NCBI GenBank assembly: GCA_964252035.1
Contig: OZ176201.1
Source of the DNA: Podarcis erhardii
Taxonomy: Eukaryota
DNA length: 64,000 nt
Direction: 5' to 3' (one strand)
Both the position numbers and the translations under genes were made by a program. This document shows positions 13,183 to 26,346 of this stretch, one piece after another. How positions within the stretch are numbered: the first letter of the stretch is position 1; every line of letters starts with the position of its first letter. The notes under the pieces are model-generated. The model made no database searches. It saw only the letters and a list, made by a program, of their open reading frames with translations, and was not told the origin of the DNA.

Positions 13183-13416
13183 CAGTGGTACCTCGGGTTA
13201 CAGACGCTTCAGATTACAGACACTTCAGGTTATAGACTCCGCTAACCCAGAAATAGTACCGCGGGTTAAGAACTTTGCTTCAGGATGAGAACAGAAATCA
13301 CGCAGCAGCGGCAGTGGGAGGCCCAGTTAGCTAAAGTGGTACCTCAGGTTAAGAACAGTTTCAGGTTAAGAACGGACCTCCAGAACAAATTAAATTCCTA
13401 ATCCGAGGTACCACTG
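13183..13416 (+). mobile_element. Tc1/mariner (pogo/Tigger-like) MITE, subfamily 1
   Basis: TIRs CAGTGGTACCTCGG ... CCGAGGTACCACTG, flanked by TA at 13181-82 and 13417-18. Confidence 0.92.
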
Positions 13417-13945
13417 TATTCACTATACTGGTCACTGGTATCATGTGTCATTTTAAGACTGTAAGACTATGGGTGAAGTCCTGTGTTTTTGCTCCTTATA
13501 GTTGTATAGTGCCTAGTAACCGTGGGCACTTTTAAAAAATAAATTAAAAAAATATTAATCTAATTCTAGATTTTCAAGACAGCCTACAAAAGAGAACTAC
13601 AAAACAAATGTAAAACAGATTAAAAACATCAAAAACAAAAGCAATTATCAGAGCAGCTGTAAAAATACAAAAAGCAGTAGATATAAAATCAGTTAAAATC
13701 CTGTGCTTTTTTTTGGGGAAAATGTTGAAAACGTGGGCACTTTCTCTAAATAGAGGACGGTAATGATAGAGCAGAATATCCACACACCCACCAACAGCCT
13801 CTGCTGAACTGTCTGTGGAGACAGATGCAGTTACAAAAAGATTTTTTAAAAAACAACAACAACCATGCAATAAATACTAGTGAAAAAAATTATAATAATT
13901 ACCTGTGCTCCAGAGTTAGAACACAAAGTTATACAAGATAGGTTT

Positions 13946-13948
<3 letters not shown>

Positions 13949-13995
<47 letters not shown>
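13949..13995 (+). repeat. (AG)n microsatellite
   Basis: Direct reading of the sequence. Confidence 0.97.
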
Positions 13996-13996
<1 letters not shown>

Positions 13997-14449
13997 GGAC
14001 TACAGCAGAATGGTTGCACATCCACAAAACGAAAATACCTTTGGGTTTAGTTCACAGCTCTACTGATGTAGAATGAAGTGGACATTCATCACTTTGCAAA
14101 CACACAGAGGTAGAATTATGAGCATACAACTCTCATAACCAGAGGTTTCATATAAAAAGCAAAAAAACAACAACCCATAGCCGCCAGACGAGTTTCAATC
14201 TGCTAGTCATCCTCAGCAGCATAAACTTCAAAGACACTAGAAATGAGTCCAATTAGAGCAGGAAAGATGTAGCTCATAAAGTTCTGGGGAAAGTACTCAA
14301 AAGTATGAGTTTGTAGGGTTGCAAGGGTGGAGAGATTAGGCATAAATTCATCCCTGGGAGGAAAGAGGGAATTCTGGAGTTTTCTAGTGCCTGGTGAATT
14401 GGTGCATGCAAGATGGAAAAACTGCTGCACTCGGTACTCATTTCTTGTA

Positions 14450-14675
14450 CAGCAGTACCTCGGGGTTAAGAACTTAATTCGTTCTGGAGGTCCGTTCTTA
14501 ACCTGAAACAGTTCTTAACCTGAAGCACCACTTAGCTAATGGGGCCTTCCACTGCCACTGCGCTGCCACAGCGCGATTTCTGTTCTCATCCTGAAGCAAA
14601 GTTCTTAACTCGAGGTACTATTTCTGGGTTAGCGGAGTCTGTAACCTGAAGCGTCTGTAACCCAGGGTACCACTG
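14450..14675 (-). mobile_element. Tc1/mariner MITE, subfamily 1, inverted relative to 13183-13416
   Basis: TA|CAGCAGTACCTCGGGG ... GGGTACCACTG|TA. The interior aligns with the reverse complement of 13183-13416 (TTCTGGAGGTCCGTTCTTAACCTGAAAC). Confidence 0.9.
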
Positions 14676-15009
14676 TACAGCTGTAACTTTATGCTGCTGA
14701 GGAAGACTAGGGAGTTGAAATATGTCTTCACCCTGTGAGTTTTGCTTTTAGAACATAAAAGGCAGCATCTGCCTTCTGGAGTTTCATGCTCTGCTTACCC
14801 TTCTGAGGGCATATGACTAGCAGCTGCAGAATTTAGCACATGGGATTTTAAAAGTGTTAATGATCCAAAGTGCAATGTTCCTGGTTACTACTATTTTAAA
14901 TCCACAGAACCCAGAAGAGCCTTCTCAATGCTTAGTAGATGCCAGCTGAATTAATTTTACAAGTATGAACAAAATAACCAGTTTTTAAAGCAGTATTTCA
15001 ACAACATGA

Positions 15010-15575
15010 ACTTTTGTTTTATGGTATAGCTTCTTTAAATTATAAAATACAATTGATTAAAAACAATATTATATATCTGGGAATATTGCATTACGTTTAC
15101 AATAGTCAATAAAGCAAAACCAATCTTCCATGAATTTGTCCCTTTTTTCTTTTATCCTGATAGTGTATTACATTTCAATAAGACTCCCACATCTAATTAA
15201 TCCTTCATGGTGGGTTTTGTTTCCTGTCCCTAATTTGTTGCATAAACGAGCAAGAGATTAAAAGGGGGGCTCGAAGGGGATTATGTATTCTGGTGTTCTT
15301 TCAATGATTTTATTAATCATTCTCCAATCTTACAACCTTTTTGCCATAGGGTTTGTTTTTACAACACAATGTTTTTAAATAATTGTTACTTATTATAAGT
15401 GGAGTTATCTACCATCTCATCATGACCTTGTAACAGTTCCCGCTCCCATATTTAGAGAAAGTTTATCATCTTTGTTCCCAAGATTTTCCAAAATCTCCAC
15501 AGAAATATATTTTGTGCCCATTTTATGACATATTCTTTAACTTGCTACCATTTCATGCTTCAATAATGATTTATA
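15010..15575 (-). mobile_element. Degraded LINE-1 3' fragment
   Basis: Minus-strand pieces EYVIKWAQN (15509-15535), NCYKVMMRW*ITP (15400-15438) and DKFMEDWFCFIDY parallel SAMIKWAQD, NVMKMIYRWYMTP and EKLEEDWEKFKMY of the intact L1 ORF at 32321-33106. Confidence 0.65.
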
Positions 15576-15604
15576 ACATTATTATTATGATTATGATTAT
15601 TAGC

Positions 15605-15723
15605 TTTTAATGTTTAATATTGTAGTGCTTTGTTCGAAGCCGCCCAGAGTGGCTGGGGAAATCCAGCCAGATGGGCGGGGTATAAATATTAAATTATTAT
15701 TATTAGTAGTAGTAGTAGTAGTA
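15605..15723 (+). mobile_element. L2-like LINE 3' end with (ATT)/(AGT) tail
   Basis: GAAGCCGCCCAGAGTGGCTGGGGAAATCCAGCCAGATGGGCGGGGTATAAAT followed by (ATT)n(AGT)n, a hairpin-plus-microsatellite L2-type 3' end. Confidence 0.65.
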
Positions 15724-17705
15724 TCAGTTGCTTTTTTATTTTTCATTTTGAACTTTTCAAATTCTGCCACTTGTATCATCCTGGAATATTCAGTTAAAGC
15801 TGCTCTACTTTGAAAAATTTCAAGCCACAAAGGAGTTGAACCATTTAATTTTCTCTTTATTGCTATGTAAGGTAATATGCGATTCCAATGCAAGAAAACT
15901 TTACATCTCAAAAGATTACTTTATTCCTAGATGGTGACGCTTATTATTCAGTGCCCATTTCAACACTCTTGAGATCCCACATTCCAGCAGCATCTTATGA
16001 AGACATCTGCATGCTGTGGCAAATTAGAAGCATTTCGTTTCCCTTGCAAATTGTCATTTTGGATGGCCTTCACTACAGCAGTTCAAACTGTAAGCCTCAT
16101 TTGCTTATATTTGCAGAACTGGAAAAAAATAAAAAAATAAAACCACTCTACATTCCTCCACCACCCCATGGAAAGGAAAGGAAAAGAAAGTACAACAGCT
16201 GTTTTTCAAAGATCTGAACATTCTGCAACATAGTAGTTATCATATATTACCTATATAAATAGAACAAGCACACGAAGTAACGGATCTCTAGAGCCTTTGG
16301 TCCACCCCTTGTTCCAGTTTAGCAAACCATGCACTGGCATTTGAAGTCTATCAGATGATTGCAGGTCACTACTAATCTTGTGGATATCTTCCATTTTCCC
16401 AGCATGCATAGACTGAGGAATGACTAATACACAAAGCTAATCCCTTTTAATGCCTTCAGAAACGCTTTAATTTAGATACATTCTAAGTGAAAAGCCCAGC
16501 TTTTTCTAAACGCCAGAAGCACTAAGGAAAATTTGAGATGGAAACAAAGAATATTGCTGTTTCTTAAATGCTGCTTGAATAAGAACAAGCTGTTCAGACC
16601 CAAGTTATAAGCACAAGAAAGGGGACAGGGAGAAAAAACAAGGAAAAGGATTGGTCACAGAGCCTGGTTCTCTAGCCTTCTGGGCAGCTATCAAGACCGA
16701 GGCACAAAACAGTGGTTTTCATCTTGCCAGGCAGCAGAATGGTATAGGACCTATTTACACAAAAAGCTAGCTCCCCAATACCAAATCTATTTGAAGCTGA
16801 GTTTCTACTGCTCCTTCTGAATCACAGTGCAGAATATTGCCTCACTGGTTTCCTAGCTCAATTATCCACATGACTGAAGCCCCGTTCAGGTGGTCAAAAA
16901 GCACACACTGAGGAAGGCAGTGACAAGGGAGTGCATGTGAACCCAACCTTTAAATGTCCCTGTGCATCTGTTCCACCCCCAGGGCATACACAGGACCATT
17001 CAGAGCTGGGCTGGCAGATGTATGCCCCTCCACACTTTGATTCTTTGGTTGGTAGATTTTTGCACCCCTGGACAAGTATTGAAATTTCTATTTGGGCTCC
17101 AAAATACGATCTTGCAACCATGCACACATGCAAGAGGTTGCATGAGAATTAGCAACCAAGATCTAGAATTGATCTACTATTCATGAATAGCAGATACCAT
17201 TTTGTTCACTGCCTTGTCAGGAGGGGGAAATGACTGCACTGGAGCTATTAAACCGAAAAGTCCTTCCCACTGCCACCCTTTGTATTTTGTGTTTACAGTT
17301 AATATCTCTCAGGGCTAGTAGTCATGTATATGTTCCTCAGCTGCTCTGTCTACATTGAAAAGAACTGTGTTTTGGTGTACACCGAGTGACATGCAAGTTC
17401 TAATGGTGGGGAAGAACCCGAGACAGCTCATTCACAAATAACATTGATGCTAAGTCAAGTGACGAGCATGTATGCATATATAAGCAAATGAATTTGAAGA
17501 TGCAAGTGAACTTGCAGTTGAGAACCAAGTAAGTGCTTTGAGATAAAGATGAGCATGGCACAGAGGGAGGTGCACAGCAGTAACTAAAAGAGAGCAAAAA
17601 ATGGTCCAGTAAGAAATATCCATAAATGAAAACTCCTGGATTTGCCACAGCCCTCTCAGAAAAGCTCCACTACTTTCCAATTTGAAAAATTAAGATAAAC
17701 AACAG

Positions 17706-17818
17706 CAGGGGTCAGCAAACTTTTTCAGAAACACGCTGATTCCTGGACCGTCCGTGGGCCGGATTTAGAAGGCGATTGGGCTGGATCCGGCCCCCGGGCC
17801 TTAGTTTGCCTATCCGTG
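17706..17818. mobile_element. hAT MITE with perfect 8-bp TSD
   Basis: Termini CAGGGGTCAGCAAACT ... AGTTTGCCTATCCGTG. AACAACAG is duplicated at 17698-17705 and 17819-17826. Confidence 0.88.
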
Positions 17819-20800
17819 AACAACAGTAATGCTCCTTGCAAGAAGAGGCAAGCCAACAGCAGCAGCAATAAGATAAAACCACGAACTGTGAATAACCCAC
17901 CTCATCCCTAATACACTGCTAAATGAGAAATCTATTGAAAATCTGTACTAAACGAAAGATCCCAATTTCAGTGGATCATCTCATCTTCAGAATTAATTTT
18001 AAAGTGGATAATAAAAAGGGAAGAAAGAATAATTCTGTCACTCGGGGCTTTTTCAGAGTAATAGTCTCCTAATGGCAGCTCTACTTTAGGCCTATTGATA
18101 AAGAACGCCCACTCCACCAAGAAGTGTTATGAAACCACACCAGCACAATCAATCCTGGAGAACACTTAATGAATGCATAATATAAGGGCTTGTGGGGTCA
18201 CCTGTAGCTATTACCATTTCTTTATCACAAAGGGTATGTGTAATTACAAAAGCTCCAATATCAGGTTCCTATCTGGCAGGGTTGGGGCACATCTTACTTT
18301 GCAATTTGCTTATTATGTGTCAGTGAGGGAGTCCACTGAGGTATGATTTTCTGACATGTAAGAGGAAAGAAGACAAGGTGTGGTTAAGAGTGTTGGCATA
18401 GGGCTAGGGGAAGGCAAGCTCAAAACACCACGTAAGCCACAAAACCATCCTTGGAGCTAGTATAGAGTGAGTATGCTGGTTTACACATCACTGTAAACTA
18501 TGGTTTGAAATAAACAATTGTTTAAGGTGAATGTGATCTTTGTTCCTCTTCACTCCTTTCAGTGCCATTGGTACATAAAGGCTCTCTGTGCAATATTTTT
18601 CCCATATCATCCTTATCCACCCCACCTCTTATATTTTATAAGCTTTTTGAAGCATGGAACTATTTCATTAATTTTGTCCAGTGCTGTCAGTATGAAGCTA
18701 AACCAAATTATTTTTAGAAAGGTTCAACATATTATTTGACAGAAGTCTAATATGCAGCTTACCTTCACAGCAATTTACAGATCTAGAATTACTTTTACCT
18801 TTAGTCAAAACTGTTGCCAACTCACAATATAATACATCCCTGCAGAAATTCATTCCACTCCTACCTCAAATTGTTACCAAGGGAAGCCTGAATTAGCACA
18901 TTTTTCAGCAAGACAACATTTAAAAAAATACTCTTTAGTCATGAAATATTCTGGAGCTGCTGAAAGATTCCTGATCTATTCATAAAAAAAAAAAAAACCA
19001 CCTCAGACAGCTATCCTCTTCACACTTTTCATGGCATTATCTAAGCCACACTTTTTTGGAAAAAGCTATCAGTGACTTCCACTCTCTTCACAACTGTGTG
19101 TGAAGCATATGTTTGAGTTAAGCTGTTCCATCTTTTCTTCCCACATGTACTTGAAAATGGTTTTGACACTTCCTCTGTTCAGAAAGACGTGTCTACGTTC
19201 CAAGCATCTTCTATGCCCAGAGTTCTTCATACACACTTCTTCCTATTCCGTCAATTTCCAGCCCTCCTTTCTAAAACATTCTCCACCACAGTTCACATTT
19301 TACTTATTACCTTTATGTCTTCCTCCCAAAAGAGCCCAGGACAGCAAACAAGAGATAAAGCAATACAATGTATTTTTAAAACATCATGAAAACAATTCCA
19401 TCACAGATGCAGGCTGGGAAAGATTTCAGCTTTAAAGGGATGTTGAAAGAGGTGGGTGAAAAAGAGACAACAGAGAACATTCCCTATCCTTTGCCCCTGA
19501 ACTCACACAAAGCTGTGGGAGCAGATGGGGGCTATACCACTTTAGATTGCAGGGCAGGGGGCCGCACAAAGTGCTCCTCTACTCACACAGGAAAGGCTAT
19601 GATAGATTGAAACACCTCCTTCTTTGTATAGAGGAGCACTATACAACCCCCCACCCCCCCATTCTGATGTGGTATGGCCCAAACACTGTCGGAAAATAGC
19701 CTACGTCTCCAAGATTCCATGTGATCAATATTCCTCCCATGGAGAGTGATTCACTTGTATCAATTGCAGGCCCAAGGCACACAGCACACAGCTCATCACT
19801 CCAAGGGCCACTTTTATATTTTTATAATTATGCTTTTATTCCCAACCATATAAATGTATAATGTAAAGTAATTGCAGATTGTAATCCTAAAAGCCACTTT
19901 TTCCCTTTTTTGTAACTAACCCAAGAGGACTGCATCAAATCTTTAACGACGGTTGTAATGCAATTCTAACTTGGGAGGTTTCTTTAACTGTTATCTTCTA
20001 CTTTCATTGCACTCCCCATCATATAATCAGTTCTCTCTCTGCACCACTACAAGTCAGCACCACCACCCCTTCTTTAAAAATTTTCCACTGAAGCCCTCTT
20101 TCCTATGGAAGTCTCTGTACAGTCACACATATAGATTCTGTGCATGCACAGAGCAATATTTCAGAAAGTTGTAGAGCTTCAGTGTGTGGGAGCTGGCACT
20201 CCTCTTCCCTCACGTGGGCAGAGCGTAAGCAGTGTATATCCTAAGTGGCTCTGCATTCTACCTGGGACATACTGGAACAACTGGCACAAACTCCACCATG
20301 CATCTCTTAACCGTGGGACTGCAAAAGCAATGCCAGAATAGCAATGCTACTACCACTTTTGACATGTGGGAAATGGGTGAAAATTGGAATTCACTCAGTC
20401 ACACATAGACAGGTAGGGGGCTGCAATTAGCCCACAGGATTTGCATTGTGCAGACTTAATGCTACTTAAGATGCAACTGGCAAAACTGGTCAGTAGGAAG
20501 CCAGAGCAGAGATGATGCTTCCTACTGATGAAACAGAGAGAGGTATTGGAAGTAATTAGAATATTCTGCCAAGCCGGGATGGGATTTCTTCTTCAGCCCA
20601 AGGCCTCATTGCCTTGTGGACAACCTTCCACACACAGAAGGTCAGTTGCTAGGAGGCACCTTTAATAGCCAAGGACTCTTGCACACAGTAGGCTCGGCAG
20701 AAGGTAGACTCTTACTCTTTGCACAGTGTGCTACATTCCAGCCACACAAAAGCCATTGGTTTATAAACCACACACCTAGACCACCATATAGGGAAGCAAG

Positions 20801-21300
20801 GGGCATTACTAACATTTCAGGACACGTTCCAGCCATGCAAGTGTGCTCAAGAAGGGTGTGGAGAGCTTGTGCTCCTTGGGAGAAGGGGAGGGCAACCAGC
20901 TCCACTGAGAGAAAATGTCTCAAGGCAACTGGAGCACTTGAAGCAGCCATTTCAGAGTTTTAAATATTCCCCCTCCTGGTAATCTCCTACCCTAACCTGT
21001 GGACTGGAAACAGCTGAGCAGGAGAGAACAAAGAGCTCTCTGTGCGCATGTTGTGCACATGTGAGTGAGTGTGTGCATGTGGGGTTTGAGGATGGTGTCT
21101 CTTAAGAGAGAAAACACTCCCCACACCCCTCACATTTGAGGACAAGGTGTCTGAAATGGTCCAATGTGTTCCAAGGTTAATTAAGCAGACTCTGTGACCC
21201 TGAGGAGATTGCGTGTTGAATTAAAGTGCAACATCCTTCAATAGTATGGATGGGGAACACACATTCACAATAGGGACAGAAAGGTGTTTTGCTAATAAAA

Positions 21301-21518
21301 TATTATTACATTTATATCCCACCCTTCCTCCGAGGAGTTCAACCTGGGGTACACAGTTCTCCCCCCTCCATTTTATCCTCACAACAACCCTATGAGGTAC
21401 TTTAAGCAGAGAGAATGTGATTGGTCACCCAGCGAGCCTCATGGTCAAGTAGAGGCTAGAACCCTGGTCTCCCAGGTCCTAGTCTAAAATTTTAACCACT
21501 AAACCACACTAGCTTTCT
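21301..21518 (-). mobile_element. Old Squam3-like SINE
   Basis: Reverse complement reads AGCTAGTGTGGTTTAGTGGTTAAAA ... GACCTGGGAGACCAGGGTTCTA ... GGGTGACC ... CCTCATAGGGTTGTTGTGAGGA, with an (AAT)-rich tail. Confidence 0.7.
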
Positions 21519-24208
21519 ATCCAGAAATGGAGATGGGTATCTGGATGCAAACCCACTGCACATTTCCCCATCCTTCAAGTTTCCAGCTGTGGTGGGTTTT
21601 CTGAATTGAGTGACAGAATGAAAAAAATAACATTAGGAATGTTAGCTCATACAAAATCCATCACCCATTAAAACATGAATGCACACACCAAATCCACCTC
21701 TTTTAAACCAAACTAGAGTCCAAGCTTGTCCACTGTTACTATTAAAAAGGCATCAATTGATAAATAATGCATTCAACTATTATAGTTATTTGTATTATGA
21801 AGGAAACCTGTTTTCACAAGGTTATAAAGACTGACCCCTTGCCTATCTACCTTATATCACCTACAAGGAGAAATAAGAGTTTTGTGTTACACTATTCCAT
21901 GCACCCACAACTGTCAGATTTCTTTACAGCTGGCAGATCAAGCGCACATCAGCCAATTTTTAGCCAAGTGATCTCATTTGCAATCGAGCCATGATGAGAA
22001 ACCTGAAGAGGTATATAATAAATTCAGGAGGAAAGAATACAGATAAAAAAAAATTGCTAAAAAAAAAAATCATATGAAAACCAAGGACAGAATGTTTGAA
22101 ACTAGATTTTTTTTTTTTTACTAGCACAACTGATAGATCCCCAAGAGGAAACTGTGCTAGAGAGGAATTTAAAATAACATTTAACTTTTAATGATGGACT
22201 TCTGGTTATCAGAAGGCACTGTGTCACAGGATCCACTTGAATCCATTTCCAAATGACAACACTTGTTCCAACAACAACTGTAACACATTTTTATATCCAT
22301 GTTTGCACATTGTTATTTACTGCAAGCTCCAAGTTCTCGAGCGGTGGCCAAAAACAGCTTTCATTATCACTGGGATTTTTCGTTACACTGTTCTATTACA
22401 TGCAGAGTGAAACATTATTATTGTTTTTCAATTCTAGTTTCTTAGTTTATTTTGCACGCACTCAACAGAGGGTGAAAGCAACAGGTATGGCTACAATACT
22501 GCAGGAAAAGATATGCTTGTAGCAGAGTGAAAAATCTGAGCCAATAAACAGCAACTTCAAATTCAACGTAGTATGTTAAGGTTCAAGACTAAGAGGTTTA
22601 ATGTTCACAGCCTCTTACTAAAAGGCTCCCCCCACCAAAGAAAGTGTCCAAAAACACTCCTTGCCCCCTGTGATTTAGACCTGAGGCTGCAGAGCTGAAG
22701 GACAGCCCACTATGGCCCCATTCAAAGAGTGTGTGTTTGTGTCTCTCAAGGATTTATGCATGCATGTGTGCACACATGTGCATAATTCATTATACTGTAA
22801 TGAGACTTGAGTATAATTTGAACAGAAACAAACTATAAATCTTGTAAAATAAATAATGCAGCAAGATCAGCTTGGTATCTTCCTGTATAGATGGGTGGCC
22901 AATGATAATGATAATGGCTCCCACACCTGCAAGCTGCTCCTTCCAGCCTACCCAATACCTGATAGCTCAGAGGTTGGCCAATGCAGTTCTGCTACTTGGC
23001 TGCTTGTGGCCTGGCTGCCACTCTCAATAGGATGTTCACTGAACAATCCCTTTGGTTCTTCTTCTGAAGGCTGGGGCAGGCAATGTTATTTGCATTGTTC
23101 TCATCCCAAGTGATGAGACTTGGGCAAGCAAGTGGGCACTCCCATGAGTAAGGTGAGTATGCTATGGCCAGTGCAACCAGTGGAGCACATCAGAGCCTGA
23201 GTCTGTTCAGCTAGCCCACTGTCTGACTCAGGCTTATGCGCCACCCTGGTTGCCAAAGCAACCTCACTCTCAGAATCAGACTGGACTTTGCCTCTTCTGC
23301 TGGGATGTCACCTAGCAGACTGTCAACCTGCTCAGTAATTTCCTCCCATTCCTCCTCTTCTTCTGGCAGATCCTGCCAGGGCCGGCCCTACCAGTTTGTC
23401 ATTCATGACAGTTGCAAATGAGGCACCACTTCTCAGTAATGTCATTCTCATCCAAGTAACTCTCACACATATGCCCCCCAGAACAGCCCCACAACTCCTG
23501 CATTCCATGGTAGCTTTATAGCCCTTCTTACAAAACTGGGATTAAAGCCAAAGTGGCAACCCCAAGTCAATGATAAACAGCTGGGATAAATCAACTATTG
23601 TGTGTACAATTCTGCAGTTACTCTTAGTAACTGCTTCATGCTCTTTTCCTAAATCATACCGCTGTAAACTCCTCAGGGCAGTTCCCTCTGTTTGCAAATT
23701 TCTATCATCCTGCTGACTATGGATGCTACTATAATTAATTAACTATTACCGTTTTAACAAATTCTGCTGCTTTAGGGACCATGTGCATAAAATAAACCTT
23801 CAGCACAGTTTGAATAAGCAGCTTTTGTTTTGATTTGCCTTTCAAATAGTCTCATTTGCCTTATAAATCAAGTTGCATTAGTTTGGGTTGAACAAAATAC
23901 TCCCGCCCACACTGGGACATTTCTTGCATGCCCCTCGTTGATCAGCTCCAGTATCTCCATCCACACAACAGAGGAGAAGAAAAGAGCTGCAAAATCAGGA
24001 CAGAGTATGCTATGACTGGCAAAATAAGATTTAATACATAAAGAGATATTACAACAAGATATGTCTAGCCTAGAATTCTGCATCTCCATTAGTCACCAGC
24101 CAGATGCCCCTGGCAAGCTCAGAAGGAGTGTGGTGAAGATTATCATCCCAATTCTCTAACATCTGGCAAAGTAAGTAGTATCTCTGAACATGTAGGTTTC
24201 TTTTTTTA

Positions 24209-24330
24209 TCATGGCTATATAATAGCCATGGTCAGATCCATTGTACACAACCTTCTGTAATCCTTTTTAAAAGCCATTTGTGCTGCAGGCCAAACACAAT
24301 TATTTTTGGTAATTAATTCCATAGGTTAAT
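24209..24330 (-). mobile_element. CR1 LINE 3' fragment
   Basis: Reverse complement contains GGCTTTTAAAAAGGATTACAGAAGG...ATGGCTATTA, a degraded GFKRGLDKFM...Y* region as at 9451 and 54218. Confidence 0.5.
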
Positions 24331-24654
24331 TATTCAGTCATCATGCCAGTCCATGATTAAGAAAGCTTAACTGTGGTTTGGGGCATGATATCTGAATTAA
24401 ACTGTGGGTTGTGATTAACCAGCAAATCAAAATAAAAAACCAGAGTTTTAGAAGTGGGTGGGTGTTTTCAGAGGTGTTCCTCTGACTATTTTGGAATCCC
24501 AGAGGGATCAAACTAGCAACCAGAACAAGCAAAGTTGAACTCTGTCAGGCCTTTTAAAACTTCTGAAACTTTTCAGTATTTGGACTTGTTGCTGTTTTGA
24601 ACTATGATTTAAATGCTGTTTTTACAAAACTATTATGTTTATGTTTTTATTTAT

Positions 24655-25015
24655 GTTATTTAATTATTAAGTTTGTATACCGCCCTTTCTCTGAACATCA
24701 CAGTGATTCACAACATAAAAATACAAAATGTAATAAAAACAAAATATGTAATAAAAACAAAAACAACACCCCCCCCATCCCACAAACACATTTTAAAGGA
24801 CATAGAATGTTAATCAGCCAAACCCAAAGGTCTGGTTGAAGAGAAACATTTTCATCTGGCACCTAAAGATATCCAATCAAGGCACCAGGCAAGCTTCCCT
24901 GGAGAGAACATTGCACAGAGGGGGAGCTACCACAGAAAAAGGACTGTCCTCATGTTACCACCCTCTGAGGCACGTGGTGAAGGGCCTCAGATGATGATTG
25001 CAGACTGTCAAATCA
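24655..25015 (-). mobile_element. L2-like LINE 3' fragment
   Basis: TTATTAAGTTTGTATACCGCCC tail, an A-rich segment and GAGCTACCACAGAAAAAGGAC, a typical minus-strand squamate L2 3' region. Confidence 0.55.
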
Positions 25016-25236
25016 GCCGGGGAACCCCCCAGAGCCATCTGGAAATCTAGCTCCATAAATCATCCTGAAATATTTGATGAAATCTATTAAGAAAATGGCA
25101 GCTCAAACATACACTTTCGCTAGCTAAGGGAGTTGGAAGTGCAAATGAGCCCTAGAAATATAGGCTGGGGTTGCAGAAAGAGTTACGAATATTCCAACAA
25201 GGCAATTACATCACATGACTGATACGCCTAACTATA

Positions 25237-25484
25237 CAGTCATACTTCATGTTGCATTCTGCTCTTCTTATGGACTTTCAGATTATGAACGCTGCAAAAC
25301 CGGAAGTCTTTACTTCTGGGTTCGCTGCCCGCGCATGCGCAGAAACGATCTGCACGCTTCACACACGCACAGAAGTGCTTAATCGTGCCGCACACATGCA
25401 TGGAAGAGGCGCTCTAGTTGTGGACCTTTGGGGGTGCAAAAGGCACCCCGAAACGGATTAAGTCCGCAACTAGAGGTTCCACTG
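25237..25484. mobile_element. Tc1/mariner MITE (asymmetric-TIR subfamily)
   Basis: TA|CAGTCATACTTCATGTTGC ... GCAACTAGAGGTTCCACTG|TA with a CpG-rich interior. Related to 30610-30869 in the opposite orientation. Confidence 0.85.
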
Positions 25485-25842
25485 TACAACATTCCTAATG
25501 CAGCACTCTTGCACTTCACCATGAGGGCAACATTACTACACTCAATAGCATACAAAATCAGGAATCTGCAGACCAGGTTCTATTTTTGTCTGTAGTTGGC
25601 TGAATGTGAACCAATCACTTTTTTCAAGGGCCACCGTTTCCTTATCACCCTTCTAACAGACTAGACCTGCTTATCTTTGAACTGAAAACACTGTTCATAG
25701 ATAATATTAACAGCAGCAGAAGCAGTCATATGCTTACTTGGTGAGCAAGTGAGATTGCTGGAGTTTTCCCTGAGAAACTGCCACACTCAATTTATGCATC
25801 TGGAATTATCACCAACTATCCCTTCTTCAGATGGCTTCTTCC

Positions 25843-25878
25843 AGAAGAAGAAGAAGAAGAAGAAGAAGAAGAAGAAGA
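25843..25878 (+). repeat. (AAG)n microsatellite, about 12 units
   Basis: Direct reading. It explains the poly-K and poly-R ORFs in the track. Confidence 0.97.
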
Positions 25879-26180
25879 GGCCTCAAAGCAGTATGCGAAA
25901 AGAGAAAAGCTATTGCACCGGATACACATGGACTTCTTTTTCAGAATAAAGGATTTTGTACACAGTCTTACCAAGCAGCTGAGTATGTTGTATCAGAGGT
26001 CACTTCAGGTGGGGGTAATTGACAGGGGGGGCTGTTGCCATGCTAGCAGCAGCCAGTGCTTCCATACCTACCGTACATATTTTATTGCTCTACCCTAAAG
26101 CTAGTAAAAGCAAAATATGAAAGGGTTTGCAAGTATCCTTTGGTCCGCTCACTTGGCAGAGAATGGGTTGCCCTATTCTG

Positions 26181-26182
<2 letters not shown>

Positions 26183-26226
<44 letters not shown>
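26183..26226 (+). repeat. (GT)n(AT)n microsatellite on the left flank of the PLE
   Basis: Direct reading of the sequence. Confidence 0.97.
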
Positions 26227-26312
26227 TTGCTTTCGTAGATTTTCACGGGTACAGGAATGCAGGTTTTGGTGTCCTCGGGTGTCTTCCCGTGTAAAAGTTG
26301 GGGTGTCTAGGC

Positions 26313-26346
26313 GACGTTTCGACGAGGTCTCACTCGTCATCTTCAG
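26313..26346 (-). ncRNA. Minimal hammerhead-ribozyme-like motif, left pLTR
   Basis: Reverse complement reads CTGAAGA-T-GACGAG(tgagac)CTCGTC-GAAA-CGTC. Confidence 0.6.

Noticed and set aside
18763-18839. Minus-strand 77-nt segment with TTTCTGCAG acceptor and GTAAGC donor (DVLYCELATVLTKGKSNSRSVNCCE)
   Set aside because: The peptide is unrecognised, there are no partner exons, and the motifs are at chance level.
25749-26022. Poly-Lys and poly-Arg ORFs as basic or protamine-like proteins
   Set aside because: Artefact of the (AAG)n microsatellite at 25843-25878.
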